DNA from: an uncultured Alphaproteobacteria bacterium
GTDB lineage: Bacteria; Pseudomonadota; Alphaproteobacteria; Rs-D84
Direction: 5' to 3'
NCBI GenBank assembly: GCA_944389235.1
Contig: CALXLO010000001.1
Span: 26,956-90,955, forward strand
DNA: 64,000 nucleotides
Shown here: in pieces, positions 9,766-18,981 of the stretch
How the letters are laid out: each line of letters starts with the position of its first letter
How positions within the stretch are numbered: position 1 is the stretch's first letter
Notes under the pieces: model-generated
What the model was told of the DNA's origin: nothing
The model's database searches: none
The model's input: the letters and a program-made list of their open reading frames with translations, nothing else
Made by a program: the position numbers and the translations under genes

Positions 9766-9823
9766 GTGTTATTAATAACGCACGGCACATTGGTGCATAA
9801 TCTGCATGTGCGTACGCGGATGG

Positions 9824-11533
9824 ATGAAAAATATGAAAAATAAATATTCTATCATCAGTTGTTCTGTGTTGGCGGCATTGGTATGTATTGCGCCTGATGC
9901 GGCATATTCTGCATTGCGTGTTGGTAATCATTCACGCAGTTATGCCGACGCATACGGCCAGGTTAACGCATTGCGTGCCCAGGCAGATGCTGCAACCCAG
10001 TCGGTGGAACAAACGGTGCCACTGGCAACAACTGCATCAGCAGATGCAGATACAGGCTTGCCGGTGCGCGTTGCAGATGCAAATTTAGCAAACCAGATTG
10101 CGTCTGGGGCGACAGATACGCCGGTTGGTTATAATCAACTGGACGCGTGCGCAATGATATATCCAAATGGCGAATTTGCATGGGATACACCAACGCTGGG
10201 GCGCGGCGCTGGTGGTGCCGGTACATGTGTCGCAGTTGTTGAAATGCGCGGATATCAAATGGGTGAAAATGGTCAAGATGTTGTCTTGGCGCGTGCAAAT
10301 TTGGCGGCGGGTGATTCTGTAAAGTGCAATATTTCCGAATTTCCAGAATATTCATATACCGCAGCCGCGGGAAATATAGTCTTTCCGGCAGATACGGCCC
10401 CAACAATGGACGATGTTGTTGATGTAATGAACCAGGAACAAAAGAAAAATGCTGGTATCAAGATTGCCGCGGGCGCACTGATTGGCGCATTGGGTGGCAA
10501 TATGGCGGGTGAAAACGATGTTGGCAATACATCATTGCTGGGAACAGACAAAGGCAAATTACAAGGTACCGCCATTGGCGCACTGTCTGGTGCTGCGGTA
10601 ATGGCGGGTAATGCGTATGCCGGCAAAGTCGGCGGTGATATTATACTGTCAACGGGGGTGAATGCTGCGGCGGGTGGTGTTGTTGGCAATATGGCGGGAA
10701 CCGGTGAATCTGTGTTGCGCATAGAAGATTGTGATATAGACGGGCGTTCAACGCGTTGCTTGTGGGGGATGGTTGTAACAAATACGCCGTTAAGGGTCGA
10801 TGAACATGCGTTTTTTAATATTTCTGATGGCGGTACAACCTATGTATGTGATGTGAATGACAATAATTGCAAATTAACGGAATTGGTTGCTATTGAATTG
10901 GATGCATATCCAGGAATGAACATAGACGAAGTCAGCGAATTGCAATTTGAAAACATAGAATTAAACAGTAATCTGCAATATCATTTGCAAGAAAATTCCG
11001 ATGGTACGCGTCAAATGGTATTGGGACCGGGAACTGGGAATGCGGCGATATATGCGAAAATATCCAGTGCTGGTCGTATTGACCGCCAAATTCCTGCGAT
11101 GGTTGAAATTAAAAACGAACGCAATTATGGCGTGTCTATGACGCGTGATGATTGGCGCAGTTGGCGTAATGTATATGGTGTAAATACAACGGTGTATCAG
11201 CGGGCTGCCCGTGGTGATGTTGGACCTGTGCTGGACAGTGAATCATACAGTTTTGATAATTTTTATCCAATGTACCAAGATGCATCAGATGGTCGTTTAA
11301 TTGATTTAGGGAACAAAGCGCGCCTAAGAAGTACATTAATTGGTGCAGGTGCGGGCGGTGCAATGGGTGCATTTACAGCGTACCAAGGTGCACAGAATGA
11401 TATTGAAAATCGCTGGGTAACGGCAGTGCGCGAATATAATGATTCATTGCAAAAAGTATATTGTATCACCGGCGACAGATTCTTGGGATATTATAACGAC
11501 GATATTTATATTCCTGCACTAAACCAGCAATAA
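9824..11533 (+). CDS. Secreted protein with glycine-zipper segments
   Basis: Signal peptide MKNMKNKYSIISCSVLAALVCIAPDAAYS. The central part has GxxxG/A zipper runs (AAGALIGALGGNMAG...GTAIGALSGAAVMAGNAYAGKVGG...AAAGGVVGNMAG). A second run lies near the C-terminus (LIGAGAGGAMGAF), as in glycine-zipper surface antigens. The rest is unrecognised. Confidence 0.65.
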   Translation: MKNMKNKYSIISCSVLAALVCIAPDAAYSALRVGNHSRSYADAYGQVNALRAQADAATQSVEQTVPLATTASADADTGLPVRVADANLANQIASGATDTPVGYNQLDACAMIYPNGEFAWDTPTLGRGAGGAGTCVAVVEMRGYQMGENGQDVVLARANLAAGDSVKCNISEFPEYSYTAAAGNIVFPADTAPTMDDVVDVMNQEQKKNAGIKIAAGALIGALGGNMAGENDVGNTSLLGTDKGKLQGTAIGALSGAAVMAGNAYAGKVGGDIILSTGVNAAAGGVVGNMAGTGESVLRIEDCDIDGRSTRCLWGMVVTNTPLRVDEHAFFNISDGGTTYVCDVNDNNCKLTELVAIELDAYPGMNIDEVSELQFENIELNSNLQYHLQENSDGTRQMVLGPGTGNAAIYAKISSAGRIDRQIPAMVEIKNERNYGVSMTRDDWRSWRNVYGVNTTVYQRAARGDVGPVLDSESYSFDNFYPMYQDASDGRLIDLGNKARLRSTLIGAGAGGAMGAFTAYQGAQNDIENRWVTAVREYNDSLQKVYCITGDRFLGYYNDDIYIPALNQQ

Positions 11534-11538
11534 TTAAA

Positions 11539-11562
11539 ATCAGCGTGTAAATGCACGCTGAT
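11539..11562. terminator. Bidirectional hairpin between convergent genes
   Basis: ATCAGCGTG-taaatg-CACGCTGAT, flanked by A-rich sequence upstream and T-rich sequence downstream. Confidence 0.6.
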
Positions 11563-12444
11563 TTATTCATCGTTGCCGAAATCCATGCCACGCAGTTTTT
11601 CTGCGCGCGGTGTTATTTTGCCAATCGATGTTTGTAATTGTTCTATGTCTGTGTTTGCCTGGGCAAAATGTTGCTGGACACGCGCGGCGCGTTCGCTTAA
11701 CCGTCCCAGGTCAGTCAATAATAAATCTAATTCGCGTTTTATCTTATCTGCAACGCGTTTTATTTTTATATCAGATAATACCGCGCGAATTGTATTCAAA
11801 CTGGCCCACAATGTCGATGGCGATACGATAAAAACTTTTCTGCGGGCAGCGTATTCAACCGTTGCCGGAAATTCACGATGTAATGTTTCAAATATTGATT
11901 CAGACGCAATAAACATCATTGCTGATTCTGCTGTTTTCCCAGAAATGATATATTTATCAGCAATGGCATCAATATGCTTGCGTACATCCAGTTCAAATTG
12001 CTTGCGTGCCATGCCGTCATTATCCGCAGATGTCATGCGATTATAACTTTCCAATGGAAATTTGCTGTCAATAATCATATCGCCCGGCGGATATGGCAGT
12101 TTTATCACACAGTCTGGACGCACGCCAGTATCCAATACACATTGAAATTCGTATGTTTCAGGGGGCATGATATCTGCAACCAAATCTTCCAGTTGGCGTT
12201 CGCCAAATGTGCCGCGTGCTTGCTTGTTCCCCATCAAGATATTTTTGAAATTTGCAATATCGCCACTGATGTTTTTTAACTCTATTGCATTTTGACTAAG
12301 TGCGCCCAGTCGTTCTGCCAATCTTTCACGCAATCTGGCATTGTCTTCGCGCAGGGCGGATATATCAACTGTTGGACGACGAATTAATAACGCAATTAAT
12401 AATACAATAATTATGCCTAATAATACAAAAATATAAGTTGTCAT
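11563..12444 (-). CDS. rmuC: DNA recombination protein RmuC (short form)
   Basis: 293 aa with an N-terminal TM, a short coiled coil and the conserved RmuC core (...GTFGERQLEDLV...DCVIKLP...IIDSKFPLESY...MFIASESIF...). Confidence 0.85.
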   Translation of the reverse strand: MTTYIFVLLGIIIVLLIALLIRRPTVDISALREDNARLRERLAERLGALSQNAIELKNISGDIANFKNILMGNKQARGTFGERQLEDLVADIMPPETYEFQCVLDTGVRPDCVIKLPYPPGDMIIDSKFPLESYNRMTSADNDGMARKQFELDVRKHIDAIADKYIISGKTAESAMMFIASESIFETLHREFPATVEYAARRKVFIVSPSTLWASLNTIRAVLSDIKIKRVADKIKRELDLLLTDLGRLSERAARVQQHFAQANTDIEQLQTSIGKITPRAEKLRGMDFGNDE

Positions 12445-12486
12445 TTATAATTCCTTTGATAAAATCCATTATAAAAGGATTTGAAT

Positions 12487-12987
12487 ATGTTGCAAATGAA
12501 ACTTTGCGGTGATTTGATTTTGCGTGAAAAATGTGAACCGATTACAGAAATTACCACGGATGTTTTGGATATAATGGACGAAATGGTAAATATGATGCAT
12601 GACCAATCGGGTGTTGGGCTGGCTGCGCCCCAGGTTGGACAGTTAAAACGGTTCTTGGTTATGATGAACCCAGATGATAATCATGTATTCAAAATGATAA
12701 ATCCAAAAATTTTATCACGCAGTGATGATGTTTGCACCATGGAAGAAGGGTGTTTGTCTGTTCTGGGCAACGATAATTTGCCGGTGTATGCAAATGTTAC
12801 GCGACCGTCGTCTGTTGATGTTGAATGGACAGATGAAAATGGTAAATCCATGCGGGCAGAAATGACGGGGCTGCCGGCGCGAATTGTTCAACATGAAACA
12901 GACCATTTGGATGGTGTTTTGTTTATTGACTATCTATCCCCAGTACATCGTGAAATGCTGATGCGCAAGGTAAGGAAACGCAAATGA
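12487..12987 (+). CDS. def: Peptide deformylase
   Basis: Carries the three Def motifs GVGLAAPQVG, EGCLS and HETDHLDG. The track ORF begins at TTG 12481; the first ATG is at 12487. Confidence 0.95.
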   Translation: MLQMKLCGDLILREKCEPITEITTDVLDIMDEMVNMMHDQSGVGLAAPQVGQLKRFLVMMNPDDNHVFKMINPKILSRSDDVCTMEEGCLSVLGNDNLPVYANVTRPSSVDVEWTDENGKSMRAEMTGLPARIVQHETDHLDGVLFIDYLSPVHREMLMRKVRKRK

Positions 12988-13790
12988 AATTAGTTTTAAT
13001 GGGGACAAATGATTTTGTCGTTCCAATTTTTGATGCTGTGCGTCGTGATGGGCATAAAATTATTGCGGTATTTACACGCGCCCCGCGTCCTGTTGGACGG
13101 CACCAAATAATGACACCGTCGCCGGTGCATGCGTGGGCTGTGTCGCATAATTTGCCTGTTTATACTAATATTCATGATTATAATTTTTCGCCGGATATGG
13201 TTGTTGTTGTATCTTATGGTGTAATTTTACGCGATAATGTTTTGTTGTCTGCACCATGTGTGAATATTCACCCCAGTGATTTACCCCGCTATCGTGGGCC
13301 ATCACCAATTCGCAGTGCGATTTATAATGGCGATAGTAAGTCAGCTGTTTGCTTGATGCAAATGACACCTGATTTAGATGCTGGTGATATTTATATGCGT
13401 CGTGAATTTGATATTGGTGAAAACGATACAAACGCCGATGTTGAAAAACAAGTATCTGAAATCGGTGCAGAAATGCTGGTTAAATATTTGCAAAATCCGT
13501 CTGAATATGTCCCAACGCATCAGATTGGTGAACCAACATATACGCGAAAATTTACCAGTGCGGATGAAATAATAGATTGGTCGCGTGGTGCGCGTGCAAT
13601 TCATAATCAAATTCGTGCGATTGGGGGCGGGCGGACAAAAATCAATGGCGTGGATGTAAAGATTCTGGAAACGCGTATTGAAAACGATGAATTGAAAGTT
13701 TTGCGTATCCAGCCGGCTGGGAAAAAGCCTATGGATTGGAAAAGTTTTATAAATGGTCTGCATGGGGCGGAAATAAAATTTGGTGAATAA
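12984..13790 (+). CDS. fmt: Methionyl-tRNA formyltransferase (short C-terminal domain)
   Basis: 268 aa. It overlaps the def stop (ATGA) and has the N-terminal formyltransferase fold with ...NIHPSDLPRYRGPSPI... Confidence 0.9.
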   Translation: MKLVLMGTNDFVVPIFDAVRRDGHKIIAVFTRAPRPVGRHQIMTPSPVHAWAVSHNLPVYTNIHDYNFSPDMVVVVSYGVILRDNVLLSAPCVNIHPSDLPRYRGPSPIRSAIYNGDSKSAVCLMQMTPDLDAGDIYMRREFDIGENDTNADVEKQVSEIGAEMLVKYLQNPSEYVPTHQIGEPTYTRKFTSADEIIDWSRGARAIHNQIRAIGGGRTKINGVDVKILETRIENDELKVLRIQPAGKKPMDWKSFINGLHGAEIKFGE

Positions 13791-13804
13791 AGGATGTAAA
13801 AGTA

Positions 13805-14086
13805 ATGTATAAAGAAGTATTTTGTAAGTATAAAAATCGTAAAGTTATATTAAATGAATTTAATATGGGCTGCGTTTGTGCGCATTGTCATCAAGAAAAT
13901 TGCAACCGGGTCGCGTCTTTAACCACGATGAATGACTGTCAAGAAAGAATTATGTTAAAGATAAATTATAATTATAAATTGGCCAAGGCGTACAGATGTC
14001 GGTTGTGCGCCCGCATGTCCGCCAGTGTACAAGAAAACGAACCAAGTCATGAGATAATTCGCGTCCGCCGCGCACGCACCAGATAA
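13805..14086 (+). CDS. Possible small Cys-containing protein (uncertain)
   Basis: 93-aa ORF with AGGA 10 nt upstream and CxxC pairs (CAHC ... CRLC). Its composition shifts from AT-rich to GC-rich along its length, so it may be non-coding. Confidence 0.25.
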   Translation: MYKEVFCKYKNRKVILNEFNMGCVCAHCHQENCNRVASLTTMNDCQERIMLKINYNYKLAKAYRCRLCARMSASVQENEPSHEIIRVRRARTR

Positions 14087-14087
14087 A

Positions 14088-14867
14088 ATGGCACGATATA
14101 AAATAACTCTTGAATATGATGGAACAGATTTAATCGGTTGGCAACAAAATCGCCAAGGGCCGTCTGTGCAATCTTTGTTAATGGACGCAATCGAGAAATT
14201 TTGTGGTATGCGACCAGATGTTGTTGCCGCGGGGCGTACTGACGCGGGGGTGCATGCGATTGCGATGCCGGCACATTTTGATTTACCCAATGCGGCTGAT
14301 GCAAATACTGTTATGCGTGCAATGAATTTTTATTTAACAAATTCGCCGGTTTCAGTACTGGATTGCGAAATTGTGCCTGGTGATTTTAATGCGCGTTTTT
14401 CGTGTACTGCGCGTCATTACAAGTATGTTGTTTTGAATCGTGGTGCAGCACCAGCATTGGAAAAAAATCGCGTATGGTGGGTGCCAGGCAAACTGAATGT
14501 TTCTGCAATGTGTCGTGCAGCCATGCGACTGGTTGGTAATCATGATTTTACCAGTTTTCGCGCCACCCAGTGCCAAGCAAAAAGTCCGATAAAAACATTG
14601 GATTCTGTTAAAATTACTCGACGCGGTGATGCTATTATATTTGAATTTTCTGCCCGTTCGTTTTTACATCACCAGGTTCGTAATATGGTTGGTACTTTGG
14701 TTGAAATCGGTCGTGGTAAACCGTATGATATTGATGAAATTTTTGCGGCGTGTAATCGCAGTGCTGCGGGACCAACCGCGCCTGCGTCGGGTCTGTATTT
14801 TATTCGCGCGGATTATGCCACGGACGGTTATGGTGTACATACTGTACCCGACCAGACCCATAAATAA
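14088..14867 (+). CDS. truA: tRNA pseudouridine(38-40) synthase
   Basis: 259 aa starting MARYKITLEYDGTDLIGWQ, with the catalytic GRTDAGVHA motif. Confidence 0.93.
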   Translation: MARYKITLEYDGTDLIGWQQNRQGPSVQSLLMDAIEKFCGMRPDVVAAGRTDAGVHAIAMPAHFDLPNAADANTVMRAMNFYLTNSPVSVLDCEIVPGDFNARFSCTARHYKYVVLNRGAAPALEKNRVWWVPGKLNVSAMCRAAMRLVGNHDFTSFRATQCQAKSPIKTLDSVKITRRGDAIIFEFSARSFLHHQVRNMVGTLVEIGRGKPYDIDEIFAACNRSAAGPTAPASGLYFIRADYATDGYGVHTVPDQTHK

Positions 14868-16776
14868 CAAATCCACCGCGTAAAATTTTATGATTACATT
14901 TTGGGGCATCAACATCAAAATATGATACGATGTAGTCTATGTCTTTATCATCACACAATTTTTCTATATTTTTCATCAGTGGAACAAATTTTTGAATATA
15001 TGCCAATGTAAAATTTTGTGTTTCATATATCCATATACCGTCTGTGTGTTTGCGGCGACGATTTGGTGTTTGTGTTGGTTGACCATTAATTTGCTTCCAT
15101 GTGTCAAATGTAAAGTAATGATTTGATGCGCGGGATTTACTAAATTCCAGATTACCGTCCTGTCCAACAAATGCGACCAGTTCGTGGTCGTTTGTTGCAT
15201 AAAATACTGGTTTTGGGGTGTATATTACTATAAAAATGCCAATCGCAATACAGATTGCGCCGACTATATAGTTAATTTTGATGCGTATTGGCTTAATGAA
15301 CATTACGCATAATATCCCGATTATTGTCCAGCAAAGCGCGATATTTGCAATATGTGGCATATTAATGGTCGCCATCGGTAAATGTGCAATATGTTCTGCA
15401 ACGATATATGTTGCATCGTATATTGATTCTGCGATGTTCAGTGGGTAATTCCATCCAAACAGCGCAGTAATAATTCCGATGATTACCAGTGGCATAATTG
15501 CAACAGAAAATATAGGCAGCAATATCAAATTTCCAATCAGACTGTAAACAGGTATGCTGTAAAAATGCGCAATGACAAATGGTGCTGTGAATACAGTTGC
15601 CACCAGTGATGTCAGTATTGCGGCATAAATTGTTTTTAGTATTTTATTCTTTGGCATTTTAGGGTTTATGCCGTTCCACAACCACACCAATCCGAATATC
15701 GCAGCAAAAGATAACTGGAATCCTGGCTGCATAACATAGTGCGGATTCATTAAAAATATTATACAAAATGCAACACATACATTGCGCATAGAAATCGCAT
15801 TTCGTCCAAATATAAACGCCATAAATACTAATGTCGCCATTAAAAATGCGCGAACAGTTGCGACATCACATCCAGATAAAAACAAATAAAACAGTAAACC
15901 AATCCATGCACATATCAATGCTGGTATACGCGCAGGTACACGCCGTGTAATTGGTGCGATTAGGCGGAATATGAAATAAAAAATTGTAAACAACCACGCA
16001 GAAACCAGTGTTATATGAAACCCACTGATAGACCATACATGACCAACGCCGGTTGCTGTCCATATTTCACCATCTGATTTTGGAATTGCATTTTTATATC
16101 CCAGAACTAATGTGTCTGCCAAGAAAGATTTTGCACGGTTGTGTATATTGTTGCGCAGCACAGCAATTCCGCCATCATTCGCATTTGTGGTTGTATCATA
16201 ACTGTTTATATATCCTGTGGCAGTCAGTCCATTAAAATATGCCCATCTGGCATAGTCAAATGATTCTGGGGCATCTGGTCCATCGGGGCGAAATAATCCA
16301 ATTTGTGCGCGAATTTCGTCGCCAATATCTGGTGGGGTAATATCTGCCTTGGCAGAAACGCGAACGATGGCACGACCAACCCCGGCATTAATATCGTCGG
16401 CATTTATATTTAAGTATAATCTGGTTTTGTTATTTGTATAATCAATATGTTCAACTGTTGCGGGAATATCCAGTCCGTGTAATCCATGCGGAATTTGTGG
16501 TGTATTAATTATAAATGTAAATACAGCCGCATAACAAAATCCGAACACAAACAGTGAAACTGCGCGAACCAGAACATTTGTTTGTAACCAGCATAATATA
16601 ATTGCAACAAATCCGAATATTGCACATAAAATAATATTTGGTTCTGTTCCCAGATTAAAATACAATCCGGCACCAAAGGCCATTAAAAATGGCACCCATA
16701 AAAATAAATTTCCTGATTGATTTCGCCATAAATCAAGCATGCAAAAATTATAGGAATTTATTTCATTGCACCGCAA
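14800..16776 (-). CDS. comEC: ComEC/Rec2-family membrane channel protein (no metallo-beta-lactamase domain visible)
   Basis: 658 aa, polytopic. It has the competence-domain pattern (...GVGHVWSISGFHITLV...) and no HxHxDH motif in the C-terminal part. The start codon is uncertain (alternative M at 16740). Confidence 0.8.
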   Translation of the reverse strand: MRCNEINSYNFCMLDLWRNQSGNLFLWVPFLMAFGAGLYFNLGTEPNIILCAIFGFVAIILCWLQTNVLVRAVSLFVFGFCYAAVFTFIINTPQIPHGLHGLDIPATVEHIDYTNNKTRLYLNINADDINAGVGRAIVRVSAKADITPPDIGDEIRAQIGLFRPDGPDAPESFDYARWAYFNGLTATGYINSYDTTTNANDGGIAVLRNNIHNRAKSFLADTLVLGYKNAIPKSDGEIWTATGVGHVWSISGFHITLVSAWLFTIFYFIFRLIAPITRRVPARIPALICAWIGLLFYLFLSGCDVATVRAFLMATLVFMAFIFGRNAISMRNVCVAFCIIFLMNPHYVMQPGFQLSFAAIFGLVWLWNGINPKMPKNKILKTIYAAILTSLVATVFTAPFVIAHFYSIPVYSLIGNLILLPIFSVAIMPLVIIGIITALFGWNYPLNIAESIYDATYIVAEHIAHLPMATINMPHIANIALCWTIIGILCVMFIKPIRIKINYIVGAICIAIGIFIVIYTPKPVFYATNDHELVAFVGQDGNLEFSKSRASNHYFTFDTWKQINGQPTQTPNRRRKHTDGIWIYETQNFTLAYIQKFVPLMKNIEKLCDDKDIDYIVSYFDVDAPKCNHKILRGGFVIYGSGRVQYVHHNRPWHNPRE

Positions 16777-16821
16777 TTAAAAATTTCGTATGATAAAAGT
16801 CCATAAGAGGAGATATTTCTT

Positions 16822-18399
16822 ATGGCAAAATATATTTTTATCACCGGTGGTGTTGTTTCCAGTTTAGGCAAGGGCGTTGCAGCAGCAAGTTGTAGCGCCC
16901 TTCTTCAATCACGCGGGTATACTGTTCATGCGCGAAAGTTTGACCCATATTTGAATATTGACCCGGGCACCATGTCGCCTTTTCAGCATGGCGAGGTTTA
17001 TGTAACAGATGACGGTTTTGAAACAGATTTAGATTTAGGATATTACGAACGATTCTTGGGCATAAAATTAACGCGTAATGATTCTGTGTCTGGCGGTCGA
17101 ATTTATTGGGATGTATTAAACGCAGAACGCCGCGGGGATTACTTGGGGGCAACAGTTCAAATGATTCCGCATGTCAGTAATAAAATCAAAGAATATATTG
17201 CGGCACCGACAAATACAGACTTTGTTGTGTGCGAAATTGGTGGTACTGTTGGCGATATCGAAGGAAAAATATTCTTGGAATCTATACGCCAATTTGCGAA
17301 CGATGTCGGTCGTAAAAATGTTATGTTTGTTCATTTAACTTTGGCACCGTATTTGGAAAAAAGTGGCGAATTAAAAACCAAGCCAACACAAATGTCTGTG
17401 CGTGAATTGTTGGAAAATGGTATCCAGGCAGATATGTTGATTGTTCGTACGCCACGCGTTTTATCTGCGGATGAACGGGCGAAAATTGGTATGTTCTGTA
17501 ATTTGCCGGCAAAAAATGTCATCAGCGGAATTGATGTTGATAATATATATAAAATACCATTGGCATACGATGCGCAACATGTGTTTGATATAATCGCAGA
17601 CCATTTTGATTTGCCAAGTGCTGTCGGTAATATGGACAAGTTTCAGCGCATAGAACATTACCTGGGTGCAGACCTGCCGCGGGTTGTAATTGGTGTCGTT
17701 GGTAAATATTTTGATGTGCCAGATGCGTATAAATCATTGAACGAAGCGTTGTTCCATGCGGGTATGCAAAATAATGTTCATGTTGAATTAAAGAAAATAA
17801 ACGCCGAAACATTTACCCCAGATGATGCCATTGATGTTGATGGCATATTGGTGCCGGGTGGGTTTGGTACACGCGGTGTGTCTGGTAAAATCGCGGCGGC
17901 CGGGTATGCGCGTGAAAATAAAATTCCATATATGGGAATATGTCTGGGAATGCAGGTCGCAGTCATAGATTTTGCACGCAATGTTTTGGGAATTTCTGAT
18001 GCAGATTCCACAGAATTTTCTAAAAATTGTACGCCGATTATAAATATAATGCCAGACCATAATTCTGGAAATATGGGCGGTACATTACGCTTGGGCGCAT
18101 ATCCGTGTGTTATTAAACCGAACACATTGGCACATCAAATATATGGCACAGATAATATATCTGAACGCCATCGTCATAGATATGAAATGGATATATCATG
18201 GGCAGATAAATTCGCAGATGCCGGAATGATAATATCTGGACGCAGTCCGGATGGGCGTTTACCAGAAATGATAGAATTAACAGACCATCCGTTTTTCATC
18301 GCGGGTCAGTTCCATCCAGAATTTCAATCCAGCCCGTATACAGGTCATCCTATGTTCAACGCATTTATTGCGGCGGCTGCAAAACATACGGTAAAATAA
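16822..18399 (+). CDS. pyrG: CTP synthase
   Basis: 525 aa starting MAKYIFITGGVVSSLGKG. The glutamine amidotransferase domain has GICLGMQ and ...HRHRYE... Confidence 0.97.
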   Translation: MAKYIFITGGVVSSLGKGVAAASCSALLQSRGYTVHARKFDPYLNIDPGTMSPFQHGEVYVTDDGFETDLDLGYYERFLGIKLTRNDSVSGGRIYWDVLNAERRGDYLGATVQMIPHVSNKIKEYIAAPTNTDFVVCEIGGTVGDIEGKIFLESIRQFANDVGRKNVMFVHLTLAPYLEKSGELKTKPTQMSVRELLENGIQADMLIVRTPRVLSADERAKIGMFCNLPAKNVISGIDVDNIYKIPLAYDAQHVFDIIADHFDLPSAVGNMDKFQRIEHYLGADLPRVVIGVVGKYFDVPDAYKSLNEALFHAGMQNNVHVELKKINAETFTPDDAIDVDGILVPGGFGTRGVSGKIAAAGYARENKIPYMGICLGMQVAVIDFARNVLGISDADSTEFSKNCTPIINIMPDHNSGNMGGTLRLGAYPCVIKPNTLAHQIYGTDNISERHRHRYEMDISWADKFADAGMIISGRSPDGRLPEMIELTDHPFFIAGQFHPEFQSSPYTGHPMFNAFIAAAAKHTVK

Positions 18400-18400
18400 A

Positions 18401-18428
18401 AATCCCCCATTAACAGGGGGATTTTGTT
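18401..18428. terminator. Hairpin between convergent pyrG and the DUF2312 gene
   Basis: AATCCCCC-attaaca-GGGGGATT followed by TTGTTG. Confidence 0.65.
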
Positions 18429-18441
18429 GCATACTTGTATA

Positions 18442-18705
18442 TCACAAACCCAATGCGTTACGATACATTTGCGTTAATTCATCTGCCTCATCCAATTCGT
18501 CTGGGTCCATCTTGCGCAGCCGTATCATTTGGCGAATATATTTTGGGTCAAATCCTGCGGATTTAGCCTCGCTATAAATTTCTTTGATATCTGCGGCAAT
18601 TGCGGCGGTTTCTTCGTTTAATTTTTCAATTCTTTCAATGATGCTTAATAATTGTTGATTATCAATTGCACCGTGATTTGCATTTTTCATCATACTTTCC
18701 CCCAT
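18442..18705 (-). CDS. DUF2312/UPF0335 family protein
   Basis: 87 aa. The segment ...QLLSIIERIEKLNEETAAIAADIKEIYSEAKSAGFDPKYIRQMIRLRKMDPDE... matches the alphaproteobacterial UPF0335 pattern. Confidence 0.85.
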   Translation of the reverse strand: MGESMMKNANHGAIDNQQLLSIIERIEKLNEETAAIAADIKEIYSEAKSAGFDPKYIRQMIRLRKMDPDELDEADELTQMYRNALGL

Positions 18706-18743
18706 TTTTAATAAGTTTTATGATATATCATAAATATTAAAAA

Positions 18744-18902
18744 TCAAGAAAAAGACCGTATTAGAAAATAAATTATAATCGGGGTAAATATAAATAAATT
18801 GATAAACACCAATACATTAATACTGCTATTTAATTTTTCAATTCCATTGATTATGCTGTTTGTATTTAGCTGGTTAACCGATTTGTTTGCTGGTTTGGTC
18901 AT
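18744..18902 (-). CDS. Small tail-anchored membrane protein (hypothetical)
   Basis: 52-aa ORF from the internal ATG (18902), preceded by AAGGAG at about 8 nt. It has a C-terminal TM (VLVFINLFIFTPIIIYFLI). Confidence 0.45.
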   Translation of the reverse strand: MTKPANKSVNQLNTNSIINGIEKLNSSINVLVFINLFIFTPIIIYFLIRSFS

Positions 18903-18981
18903 GGTGTTTTCTCCTTGTTTTTTTGCCCATATTATGATATAAAAGAAATCGCAAAAAATCAAGAATGTATGGGATTATTTC

